Notes under the pieces: model-generated
What the model saw: only the letters and a program-made list of their open reading frames with translations
The model's database searches: none
Told to the model about the DNA's origin: nothing
Shown here: one piece after another, positions 8,923 to 17,300 of the stretch
How positions within the stretch are numbered: the stretch's first letter is position 1
Layout: each line of letters starts with the position of its first letter
Source of the DNA: Pseudomonas aeruginosa
GTDB taxonomy: Bacteria > Pseudomonadota > Gammaproteobacteria > Pseudomonadales > Pseudomonadaceae
DNA length: 32,000 nt
Assembly (NCBI RefSeq): GCF_001457615.1
Contig: NZ_LN831024.1
Coordinates: forward strand, 4,920,001-4,952,000
Reading direction: 5' to 3'
Program-made: the position numbers and the translations under genes

Positions 8923-9524
8923 ATGTGGCAGAGCTATCTCAACGGCATCCTGGTGGCTGCCGGCCTGATCATCGCCATCGGCGCGCAGAATGCCTTCGTC
9001 CTCGCGCAGAGCCTGCGCCGCGAGCATCACCTCTCGGTGGCCGCGCTCTGCGTGTTCTGCGACGCGGTGCTGGTCAGCCTCGGCGTGTTCGGCCTGGCCA
9101 AGCTGCTGCTGGAAAACCCGACGCTGCTGGCCATCGCCCGCTGGGGCGGGATCGCCTTCCTGACCTGGTACGGGCTCAAGGCGCTGCTTCGCGCGTTGCG
9201 CCCGGACGCTCTCGGCAACGCCGCGGAAACCGGGCCACGCTCGCGCAAGGCGGTGCTTCTGGCGGCACTGGCGGTCACCCTGCTCAACCCCCACGTCTAT
9301 CTCGATACCGTACTTCTGATCGGTTCGCTCGGCGCCCAGCAGGCCGCGCCGGGCGCCTATGCCCTCGGCGCGGCCAGCGCCTCGCTGATGTGGTTCTTCG
9401 CCCTCGCCCTCGGCGCGGCGTGGCTGGCCCCTGGCTGGCGCGCCCGGCCACCTGGCGCCTGCTCGACCTGATGGTGGCGGCCATGATGCTGGGCATGGCC
9501 GCGCAACTGCTGTTCCGGGGATAA
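8923..9524 (+). pseudogene. LysE/ArgO (RhtB superfamily) amino-acid exporter, apparently frameshifted near the C-terminus
   Basis: MWQSYLNGILVAAGLIIAIGAQNAFVLAQSLRREHHL... runs in one frame to ...WLAPGWRARPPGACST* (9471). The expected continuation ...RPATWRLLDLMVAAMMLGMAAQLLFRG* is in the +2-shifted frame ending 9524. One extra C in the C-run at 9428-9431 restores WLAPWLARPATWRLLDLM and a 200 aa protein. Confidence 0.85.
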
Positions 9525-9681
9525 CGCGGTTTCTGTCTTCCCGAGCGAACCCTCGCGCCGCCAGGCAGTCCAGAGAGAATGTGGCGGTGTTCGCCGGCGA
9601 GCTTGCAGAAGCCCGTCGCAGCGCGCCGCCGCCGGCCTTTGCCCCTACAGTTGCTGCGTGGATATGCCCCGACACGGGTGC

Positions 9682-9687
9682 TATGAT
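9682..9687 (+). promoter_or_regulatory. Candidate -10 element TATGAT for sodB
   Basis: gcTATGATccgg, 5/6 match to TATAAT; no convincing -35 at 17 bp, so tentative. Confidence 0.3.
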
Positions 9688-9705
9688 CCGGAGTTCGCGG
9701 CACTG

Positions 9706-9836
9706 GGAGCCTAGGCTCCGAGTCGCACCCGGCGCCCTTTCCGGAGCGCTCCGCCGAACGTCCCCCCGGGGATCCAGGACGGGCTCCCGGACAGGCATCG
9801 GACCGGCCCCGTGAACCGGTCGCGCGCTAGCCGCGC
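9706..9836 (+). promoter_or_regulatory. Hairpin-rich presumptive sodB 5' leader
   Basis: Perfect palindromes GGAGCCTAGGCTCC (9706-9719) and CGGAGCGCTCCG (9742-9753); stem-loops GACCGG-N9-CCGGTC (9801-9821) and GCGCG-CTAGC-CGCGC (9822-9836). Confidence 0.4.
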
Positions 9837-9870
9837 CAGTCCTGACCTGAGGAAGAATAGGAGAGACACC

Positions 9871-10452
9871 ATGGCTTTCGAATTGCCGCCGCTGCCTTAC
9901 GAAAAGAACGCCCTTGAGCCGCACATTTCCGCAGAAACCCTGGAATACCACCACGACAAGCACCACAACACCTACGTGGTGAACCTGAACAACCTGATCC
10001 CGGGCACCGAGTTCGAAGGCAAGAGCCTCGAAGAGATCGTCAAGAGCTCCTCCGGCGGCATCTTCAACAACGCCGCCCAGGTGTGGAACCACACCTTCTA
10101 CTGGAACTGCCTGAGCCCGAACGGCGGTGGCCAGCCCACCGGCGCCCTGGCCGACGCCATCAACGCCGCCTTCGGCTCCTTCGACAAGTTCAAGGAAGAG
10201 TTCACCAAGACTTCCGTCGGCACCTTCGGTTCCGGCTGGGGCTGGCTGGTGAAGAAGGCCGACGGCTCCCTAGCCCTGGCCAGCACCATCGGTGCCGGCA
10301 ACCCGCTGACCAGCGGCGACACCCCGCTGCTGACCTGCGACGTCTGGGAACACGCCTACTACATCGACTACCGCAACCTGCGTCCGAAGTACGTCGAGGC
10401 GTTCTGGAACCTGGTCAACTGGGACTTCGTAGCGAAGAATTTCGCTGCCTGA
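9871..10452 (+). CDS. sodB: Superoxide dismutase [Fe]
   Basis: 193 aa; [40 protein letters not shown]..., [45 protein letters not shown]; upstream GGAG. Confidence 0.98.
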   Translation: MAFELPPLPYEKNALEPHISAETLEYHHDKHHNTYVVNLNNLIPGTEFEGKSLEEIVKSSSGGIFNNAAQVWNHTFYWNCLSPNGGGQPTGALADAINAAFGSFDKFKEEFTKTSVGTFGSGWGWLVKKADGSLALASTIGAGNPLTSGDTPLLTCDVWEHAYYIDYRNLRPKYVEAFWNLVNWDFVAKNFAA

Positions 10453-10467
10453 GTCTGATCAGAACCA

Positions 10468-10499
10468 CGAAAAAGCCCGGCATTCGCCGGGCTTTTTCG
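10468..10499 (+). terminator. Rho-independent terminator downstream of sodB
   Basis: Perfect 14-bp inverted repeat CGAAAAAGCCCGGC-ATTC-GCCGGGCTTTTTCG, 15 bp after the sodB stop. Confidence 0.92.
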
Positions 10500-10632
10500 T
10501 TTTAATCTGCGGTCCAGGAGCCATCGTCTACCCTCAGGAACTGGTAGACCTTCGCTCGTGATAGCCTCTTGAGGTAAACAAGCTCTTCCTACCGGCTTGT
10601 CTTTCGCCCTGGCGACGAACAAGGAAGGCCCC

Positions 10633-12696
10633 TTGAAACTGGACTCCCGACACAGCCTCTCGCTCAAGCTGCTGCGTGTCGTGCTACTGGCGGCGCTAGC
10701 CGTTGGCGTAGTGCTCAGTTGCGCGCAGATCGTCTTCGACGCCTACAAGGCCAAGCAGGCGGTGAGCAGCGACGCCCAACGCATCCTCGCGATGGTCCGC
10801 GACCCTTCCACCCAGGCGGTCTACAGCCTCGACCGGGAAATGGCGATGCAGGTCCTCGAAGGCCTGTTCCAGCACGAGGCGGTGCGCCAGGCGAGCATCG
10901 GCCATCCCGGCGAGCCGATGCTGGCGGAGAAATCCAGGCCGCTGCTGGACCTGCCGACGCGCTGGCTGACCGACCCGATCCTCGGCCAGGAACGCACCTT
11001 CAGCATTCGACTGATCGGCCGCCCGCCCTATAGCGAATACTACGGCGACCTGAAGATCACCCTGGACACCGCGCCCTACGGCGAGAACTTCGTCACCACT
11101 TCGGAAATCATCTTCATCTCCGGCATTCTCCGCGCCCTGGCCATGGGCCTGGTGCTGTTCCTGGTCTACCACTGGATGCTGACCAAGCCGCTGTCGAAGA
11201 TCATCGAACACCTGGTCAGCATCAATCCCGACCGCCCCAGCCAGCACCAGTTGCCGCTGCTCAAGGGGCACGAACGCAACGAGCTGGGGCTCTGGGTGAC
11301 CACCGCCAACCAGTTGCTCGCCTCGATCGAAAGCAACAGCCACCTGCGCCGCGAGGCCGAGGACAACCTGCTGCGCATTTCCCAGTACGACTTCCTCACC
11401 GGCCTGCCGAACCGCCAGTTGCTGCAGCAGCAACTCGACCAGATCCTCGACGGCGCCGGCCGCCAGCAGCGCCGGGTGGCAGTGCTGTGCCTGGGCCTCG
11501 ACGATTTCAAGGGGATCAACGAGCAGTACACCTACCAGCTCGGCGACCAGTTGCTGATCGCCCTCGCCGACCGCCTGCGCGGGCACAGCGCGCGGCTCGG
11601 TTCGCTGGCGCGCCTGGGCGGCGACCAGTTCGCCCTGGTCCAGGCCGACATCGAGCAACCCTACGAGGCGGCCGAACTGGCGCAGAGCATCCTCGACGGC
11701 CTGGAAGCGCCGTTCGAGATCGACCAGCACGAGGTGCGCCTGCGCGCCACCATCGGTATCACCCTGTTCCCCGAGGACGGCGAGACCACGGAGAAACTGC
11801 TGCAGAAGGCCGAGCAGACCATGACCCTGGCCAAGACCCGCTCGCGCAACCGCTACCAGTTCTACATCGCCAGCGTGGACAGCGAGATGCGTCGCCGCCG
11901 GGAACTGGAAAAGGACCTGCGCGACGCCCTGCAGCGCCACGAGCTGCACCTCGTCTACCAGCCGCAGGTGGACTACCGCGACCACCGCGTGGTCGGCGTC
12001 GAGGCGCTGCTGCGCTGGCAACATCCGTTGCACGGCTTCGTCCCGCCGGACCTGTTCATCCCGCTGGCGGAACAGAACGGCAGCATCTTCAGCATCGGCG
12101 AGTGGGTGCTCGACCAGGCCTGCCGGCAGTTGCGCGAATGGCACGACCAGGGCTTCGACGACCTGCGCATGGCGGTCAATCTTTCCACCGTGCAGCTCCA
12201 CCACAACGCCCTGCCACGGGTGGTCAGCAACCTGCTGCAGGTCTACCGCCTGCCGGCGCGCAGCCTGGAGCTGGAAGTCACCGAGACCGGCCTGATGGAG
12301 GACATCTCCACTGCCGCCCAGCACCTCCTCAGCCTGCGCCGCGCCGGCGCGCTGATCGCCATCGACGATTTCGGCACCGGCTATTCCTCGCTGAGCTACC
12401 TGAAGAGCCTGCCGCTGGACAAGATCAAGATCGACAAGAGTTTCGTCCAGGACCTGCTGCAGGACGAGGACGACGCGACCATCGTTCGCGCCATCATCCA
12501 GCTCGGCAAGAGCCTGGGCATGCAGGTGATCGCCGAGGGCGTGGAAACCGCCGAGCAGGAGGCGTACATCATCGCCGAAGGTTGCAACGAAGGTCAGGGC
12601 TACCTGTACAGCAAGCCGCTGCCGGCCAGGGAACTGACCCAGTACCTCAAGCAGGCGCGACGCCTGAGCCAGGCCACCAGCAGCGAACGGCCCTGA
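10633..12696 (+). CDS. bifA: c-di-GMP phosphodiesterase BifA (degenerate GGDEF + EAL)
   Basis: 687 aa from TTG at 10633 (LKLDSRHSLSLKLLRVVLLAALAVGVVLS); degenerate GGDQF at 11677-11691; EAL domain VGVEALLRWQHP, ELEVTETGLMED and IAIDDFGTGYSSLSYLKSLPLDKIKIDKSFV. Confidence 0.95.
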   Translation: MKLDSRHSLSLKLLRVVLLAALAVGVVLSCAQIVFDAYKAKQAVSSDAQRILAMVRDPSTQAVYSLDREMAMQVLEGLFQHEAVRQASIGHPGEPMLAEKSRPLLDLPTRWLTDPILGQERTFSIRLIGRPPYSEYYGDLKITLDTAPYGENFVTTSEIIFISGILRALAMGLVLFLVYHWMLTKPLSKIIEHLVSINPDRPSQHQLPLLKGHERNELGLWVTTANQLLASIESNSHLRREAEDNLLRISQYDFLTGLPNRQLLQQQLDQILDGAGRQQRRVAVLCLGLDDFKGINEQYTYQLGDQLLIALADRLRGHSARLGSLARLGGDQFALVQADIEQPYEAAELAQSILDGLEAPFEIDQHEVRLRATIGITLFPEDGETTEKLLQKAEQTMTLAKTRSRNRYQFYIASVDSEMRRRRELEKDLRDALQRHELHLVYQPQVDYRDHRVVGVEALLRWQHPLHGFVPPDLFIPLAEQNGSIFSIGEWVLDQACRQLREWHDQGFDDLRMAVNLSTVQLHHNALPRVVSNLLQVYRLPARSLELEVTETGLMEDISTAAQHLLSLRRAGALIAIDDFGTGYSSLSYLKSLPLDKIKIDKSFVQDLLQDEDDATIVRAIIQLGKSLGMQVIAEGVETAEQEAYIIAEGCNEGQGYLYSKPLPARELTQYLKQARRLSQATSSERP

Positions 12697-13599
12697 TCAG
12701 AACAGGCGGCTGAACAGCCAGCCCGCCAATAGCGCGCTGCCCAGGCAGAGCAACGCGGCCCCCGCCGCCTGGCGGCGCAGTTGCACGGCGAGATCGTCCT
12801 CGCCCTGGCTGGAGAGAATGAAGGGATGCGCCTCCCCCGGCTTGCCGAGCCGGTGGCGGGTCGGCGCGGCGCTGCTTGCCCGATGCCGATCCTCGGCCTC
12901 CAGCCGTGCCGCCAGGCGCACCCGGTTCCATTCGCGCTCGTCCAGCTCGCCGTTGCCGTCGCTGTCGAAGCGCGCCAGCAGCCCGTGGAAATCGCCCTTC
13001 CATTCACGGATCACCGCACCCTGCGCCCGTTCGGCATCGAGTCCCTGGCGACCGCCACCGCTGCTGCGGAATTCGCCCAGCGCATAGAGCGGCTCGCCGG
13101 CATGCAGGCGCTCCTCGGTGTAGCGGTAGAGCCGCTCTCCGCCGACCAGGGTGCCGAAGCTCTCCAGCAGTCGCAGGGTATCGATCGGTGCTTCGCGAAA
13201 AGCCTCCCAGCGCTGCTGGGTCAAGGGTCGCACCTCGGCGCCGCGTGGGTCGACCAGGCAGGCATCGGTGGCATCGCGCAAGCCGAATGGCGACTCGCTG
13301 GCACCTTTGTCGACGGTGCGCCAGGCCTTCTCGCGGCCACTGCGCTTTTCCTCGACTTCGATGCGGTAGCGCCACCACAGGCACGGCTTGCCGGTCAAGG
13401 GAGCCTGCAGCGGGCCTTCCGGGCCCTCCTCGAGCACCCCGTAGAGTTCGACGAAACCCTGCGCCGCCGAACGGATCCGCGAGGTCGGTACGTCGCCGAG
13501 CAGACGCGCCCGGGCAAGGCGGTGCACGAACTGCCAGCCGGCCCAGGCGCAGAGCCCCAGGCTGGCGGCGATGAACAGCCAGCGCAGGTCGAAGTCCAT
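12697..13599 (-). CDS. Membrane protein with GIDE/E3-ubiquitin-ligase-like region and an EF-hand-like loop
   Basis: 300 aa; N- and C-terminal TM segments; GFVELYGVLEEGPEGPLQAPLTGKPCLWWRYRIEVEEK; DSDGNGELDERE loop at 12931-12966; adjacent to lemA. Confidence 0.8.
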   Translation of the reverse strand: MDFDLRWLFIAASLGLCAWAGWQFVHRLARARLLGDVPTSRIRSAAQGFVELYGVLEEGPEGPLQAPLTGKPCLWWRYRIEVEEKRSGREKAWRTVDKGASESPFGLRDATDACLVDPRGAEVRPLTQQRWEAFREAPIDTLRLLESFGTLVGGERLYRYTEERLHAGEPLYALGEFRSSGGGRQGLDAERAQGAVIREWKGDFHGLLARFDSDGNGELDEREWNRVRLAARLEAEDRHRASSAAPTRHRLGKPGEAHPFILSSQGEDDLAVQLRRQAAGAALLCLGSALLAGWLFSRLF

Positions 13600-13600
13600 C

Positions 13601-14173
13601 TCAGCCGAACAGGGCCTTGAGATCGACGTCGGCCTTCTCCGCCTCGCTGAACTGCAACAGCTCGGCGGCCTTGAAGCCAGCGACACGAGCGATCAGCAGG
13701 TCGGGAAATTGCTCGATGCGCACGTTGTTCAGGTTCACCGCCTCGTTGTACAGCTCGCGGCGATCGGCGATCCCGTTCTCCAGGCCGCTGATGCGCTGGG
13801 AAAGGAACTGGAAACTTTCGTTGGCCTTGAGCTGCGGGTAGTTCTCGGCCAGCGCGAAGAGCTGCCCCAGGCCGGCGCGCAGGCCGCTCTCGGCCTTGCC
13901 CAGGGCATTCACGTCGGCGCGCTCGCGGGCGCTGGCGACGGCGTTGCGGGCGGCGATGACCCGCTCCAGGGTGGCGCGCTCGTGCTGCATGTATTGCTTG
14001 CAGGCCTCGACCAGCTTCGGCAGCTCGTCATGGCGCTGCTTGAGGAGCACGTCGATGTTGGCCCAGGCCTTGCCCACGGCGTGCTTCAGCCGTACCAGGC
14101 CGTTGTAGAGCACCACCGCGTAGCCGGCGAGCAGCAGCAGGACAACCCAGAACGCGATAGCGGTCAGACTCAT
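13601..14173 (-). CDS. lemA: LemA family membrane protein
   Basis: 190 aa; MSLTAIAFWVVLLLLAGYAVVLYNGLVRLKHAVGKAWANIDVLLKQRHDELPKLVEACKQYMQHE..., ENYPQLKANESFQFLSQRISGLENGIADRRELYNEAVNLNNVRIEQFP. Confidence 0.95.
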   Translation of the reverse strand: MSLTAIAFWVVLLLLAGYAVVLYNGLVRLKHAVGKAWANIDVLLKQRHDELPKLVEACKQYMQHERATLERVIAARNAVASARERADVNALGKAESGLRAGLGQLFALAENYPQLKANESFQFLSQRISGLENGIADRRELYNEAVNLNNVRIEQFPDLLIARVAGFKAAELLQFSEAEKADVDLKALFG

Positions 14174-14255
14174 GGACGGAGCTCCGGAAGAAGATGCTGG
14201 CATTCTAGCTGCGCCCGACATGTCCAGGCACGACGGCGATCACGCTGCGCCCTTT

Positions 14256-14283
14256 TCAAAAATGCAAATCTTTCGCATTATGT
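14256..14283 (+). promoter_or_regulatory. Possible Fur-like operator upstream of icmP
   Basis: tcaaaaATGCaaatctttcGCATtatg: AT-rich island with AATGC/GCATT inverted repeat 84 bp before the icmP ATG; partial 7-1-7 Fur resemblance. Confidence 0.3.
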
Positions 14284-14366
14284 GGCAGTTTTTTAACGCC
14301 CTCGCGGGTGTTTCCGACAAGCGCGCGCCGCTTCGGCACGCCACCAATAAAGCAAAGGAATCCGCC

Positions 14367-15707
14367 ATGACTCGTATGCCCCTGGCCACCGCCAGTCTGC
14401 TGGCCCTCGCCATCTCCCTCGCCGGCTGCGGCGACGACAAGAAAGCCGAAGCGCCCGCAACACCGGCGGCCAGCACGCAGCCCGCCGCGCCCGCCGCCGC
14501 CCCGGCCGCCAAGGTCGACGAGGCCGCCGCCAAGGCGGTGATCAAGAACTACGCGGACCTCGCCGAAGCCACCTTCGCCGATGCCCTGAGCACCGCCAAG
14601 GACCTGCAGAAAGCCATCGACGCGTTCCTCGCCAAGCCTGACGCGGAGACCCTGAAAGCCGCCAAGGAAGCCTGGTTCGCCGCTCGTACCCCTTACTCCC
14701 AGAGCGAAGCCTTCCGCTTCGGCAACGCGATCATCGACGACTGGGAAGGACAGGTTAACGCCTGGCCGCTGGACGAAGGCCTGATCGACTATGTCGCCAA
14801 GGACTACCAGCACGCCCTGGGCAACCCTGGCGCCACCGCCAACATCGTCGCCAACACCGAGATCCAGGTCGGCGAAGACAAGATCGACGTCAAGGAAATC
14901 ACCGGCGAGAAACTGGCCAGCCTGAACGAGCTGGGCGGTTCCGAAGCCAACGTCGCCACCGGCTACCACGCCATCGAGTTCCTCCTCTGGGGCCAGGACC
15001 TGAACGGCACCGGTCCGGGCGCCGGCAACCGTCCCGCCACCGACTATGCCCAGGGCAAGGACTGCACCGGCGGCCATTGCGACCGTCGCGCCGCCTACCT
15101 GAAGGCCGTCACCGACCTGTTGGTCAGCGACCTCGAATACATGGCCGGACAGTGGAAAGCCGGCGTCGCCGACAACTACCGCGCCAAGCTGGAGGCCGAA
15201 CCGGTGGATACCGGCCTGCGCAAGATGTTCTTCGGCATGGGCAGCCTGTCCCTCGGCGAACTGGCCGGCGAGCGCATGAAGGTCGCGCTGGAGGCCAACT
15301 CCACCGAAGACGAGCACGACTGCTTCAGCGACGACACCCACCACACCCTGTTCTTCAACGGCAAGAGCATCCGCAACATCTACCTCGGCGAGTACAAGCG
15401 CATCGACGGCAGCGTGGTCAAGGGCCCGAGCCTGGCCGACCTGGTCGCCAAGGCCGACGCCGCCGCCAACGACACCCTGAAGGCCGACCTGGCCGACACC
15501 GAGGCCAAGCTGCAGGCCATCGTCGACAGCGCCGAGAAGGATGGCGTGCACTTCGACCAGATGATCGCTCCGGACAACAAGGACGGCCAGCAGAAGATCC
15601 GCGACGCCATCGCCGCCCTGGTCAAGCAGACCGGCGCCATCGAGCAGGCCGCTGGCAAGCTGGGTATCCAGGACCTGAAGCCGGACAACGCCGACCACGA
15701 GTTCTGA
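14367..15707 (+). CDS. icmP: Imelysin-family (M75) lipoprotein, insulin-cleaving metalloproteinase IcmP
   Basis: 446 aa; lipobox LAISLAGC; imelysin motif ATGYHAIEFLLWGQDLNGTGPGAGNRPATDY; VKNYADLAEATFADALSTAKDLQKAIDAFLAKP. Confidence 0.92.
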   Translation: MTRMPLATASLLALAISLAGCGDDKKAEAPATPAASTQPAAPAAAPAAKVDEAAAKAVIKNYADLAEATFADALSTAKDLQKAIDAFLAKPDAETLKAAKEAWFAARTPYSQSEAFRFGNAIIDDWEGQVNAWPLDEGLIDYVAKDYQHALGNPGATANIVANTEIQVGEDKIDVKEITGEKLASLNELGGSEANVATGYHAIEFLLWGQDLNGTGPGAGNRPATDYAQGKDCTGGHCDRRAAYLKAVTDLLVSDLEYMAGQWKAGVADNYRAKLEAEPVDTGLRKMFFGMGSLSLGELAGERMKVALEANSTEDEHDCFSDDTHHTLFFNGKSIRNIYLGEYKRIDGSVVKGPSLADLVAKADAAANDTLKADLADTEAKLQAIVDSAEKDGVHFDQMIAPDNKDGQQKIRDAIAALVKQTGAIEQAAGKLGIQDLKPDNADHEF

Positions 15708-15723
15708 TTCCTTCCTGTGCCAA

Positions 15724-15750
15724 CAGCGTGCGGCCCATGGCCGCACGCTG
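15724..15750 (+). terminator. Strong hairpin downstream of icmP (terminator or processing element)
   Basis: Perfect 12-bp stem CAGCGTGCGGCC-CAT-GGCCGCACGCTG; only a short downstream T run (cgttt). Confidence 0.5.
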
Positions 15751-15869
15751 CGTTTCAGGGCCTCGAAAGCGGTCTTCGCGGGCCTTTACAAACGCAAATC
15801 CCTCTTATTTTGATTAGCCCCAACTGGTAAGCTTGCGGGCTGTTTCCACGCAGTCCGGGATGTTCGCCG

Positions 15870-17291
15870 ATGTCGTTGCCGTCACCTTCCATGCCGCTCG
15901 CCTGTCTCCTGACGGCGCTCCTTCTGGGCGGATGCGGCGCCGACGACGAACCGCTGCGCGCCGAGCCCGGCGAACACCTGTCCGGGGGCGCGACCACGGT
16001 GCTGCAAAGCGACCGCAACGCCTTCTCCCTGCCCTCCGCCAGCCTCGCCCCGAGCCGGCGCCTGGACTTCAGCGTGGGCAACAGTTTCTTCCGCAACCCC
16101 TGGGTCATCGCCCCTTCCTCCACCACTGCGCGCGATGGTCTGGGACCGCTGTTCAATACCAACGCCTGCCAGAACTGCCATGTGAAGGACGGTCGCGGCC
16201 ACCCGCCGGGAGCGGACGCGGTCAGCGCGGTGTCGATGCTGGTACGCCTGTCGATCCCGGCCGGCCCTGCGGACGGCAAGACCCTGTTGCACCAGGGGGT
16301 GATTCCCGAGCCGACCTACGGTGGCCAGTTGCAGGACGTCGGCATTCCCGGCGTCGCCCCGGAAGGCAAGGTGCGGGTGGACTACGAGCCACTGAAGGTG
16401 AGGTTCGAGGACGGCACCGAGGTCGAACTGCGCAAGCCGATCCTGCGTATCAGCCAGCTCGGCTATGGGCCGATGCATCCGCAGACGATGTTTTCCGCCC
16501 GCGTCGCCCCGCCGATGATCGGGCTCGGCCTGCTCGAGGCGATTCCCGAAGAGGCGATCCTGGCCAATGCCGATCCGGACGACCGCAACGGCGACGGTAT
16601 CCGCGGGCGCGCCAACCAGGTCTGGGATGCCGCGCGGCAGCGCACCGCGCTCGGCCGCTTCGGCTGGAAGGCCGGCCAGCCGGATATCCCGCAGCAGAAC
16701 GCGCACGCCTTCGCCAACGACATGGGCCTGACCAGCAGCCTGCTGCCCCACGACGACTGCAGCGCCGCCCAGGTCGAGTGCCGCCGGGCGCCCGACGGCG
16801 GCGAGCCGGAAGTCAGCGACAACATCTTCGCCCAGGTGCTGTTCTACAGCCGCAACCTGGCGGTCCCGGCGCGGCGCAAGGTGGACGACCCGCAGGTGCT
16901 GGCCGGCAAGCGCCTGTTCGCCCAGGCCAACTGCGTGGCCTGCCACGTTCCCGCCTTCACTACCGGTTCCGACGCCAGCGAGCCGGAGCTGGCCAACCAA
17001 CGGATTCGTCCCTATTCCGACCTGTTGCTGCATGACATGGGCGACGGCTTGGCGGACAATCGCCCGGAATTTCTCGCCAGCGGGCGGGACTGGCGAACCC
17101 CGCCGCTATGGGGCATCGGCCTGACCGAAACGGTCAACGGTCACACCCAGTTCCTCCACGACGGGCGCGCCCGCAATCTGCTGGAGGCGATCCTCTGGCA
17201 CGGCGGCGAAGCCGAAGCGGCCAAGCGGCACGTGCTCGGCTTCGACGCCGACCAGCGCAGCGCCCTGCTGGCCTTCCTGAATTCACTCTGA
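15870..17291 (+). CDS. Di-heme oxidoreductase-like (DUF1111 / thiol oxidoreductase) lipoprotein
   Basis: 473 aa; lipobox LLLGGC; two CxxCH heme motifs (CQNCH, CVACH); LWGIGLTETVNGHTQFLHDGRARNLLEAILWHGGEAEAAK. ATG at 15891 is an alternative start. Confidence 0.88.
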   Translation: MSLPSPSMPLACLLTALLLGGCGADDEPLRAEPGEHLSGGATTVLQSDRNAFSLPSASLAPSRRLDFSVGNSFFRNPWVIAPSSTTARDGLGPLFNTNACQNCHVKDGRGHPPGADAVSAVSMLVRLSIPAGPADGKTLLHQGVIPEPTYGGQLQDVGIPGVAPEGKVRVDYEPLKVRFEDGTEVELRKPILRISQLGYGPMHPQTMFSARVAPPMIGLGLLEAIPEEAILANADPDDRNGDGIRGRANQVWDAARQRTALGRFGWKAGQPDIPQQNAHAFANDMGLTSSLLPHDDCSAAQVECRRAPDGGEPEVSDNIFAQVLFYSRNLAVPARRKVDDPQVLAGKRLFAQANCVACHVPAFTTGSDASEPELANQRIRPYSDLLLHDMGDGLADNRPEFLASGRDWRTPPLWGIGLTETVNGHTQFLHDGRARNLLEAILWHGGEAEAAKRHVLGFDADQRSALLAFLNSL

Positions 17292-17300
17292 GGAGCCCAC

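Noticed and set aside
14256-15746. 496 aa minus-strand ORF antisense to icmP
   Set aside because: Val/Gly-rich shadow of the icmP codons; icmP has a lipobox and imelysin motifs in the sense frame.
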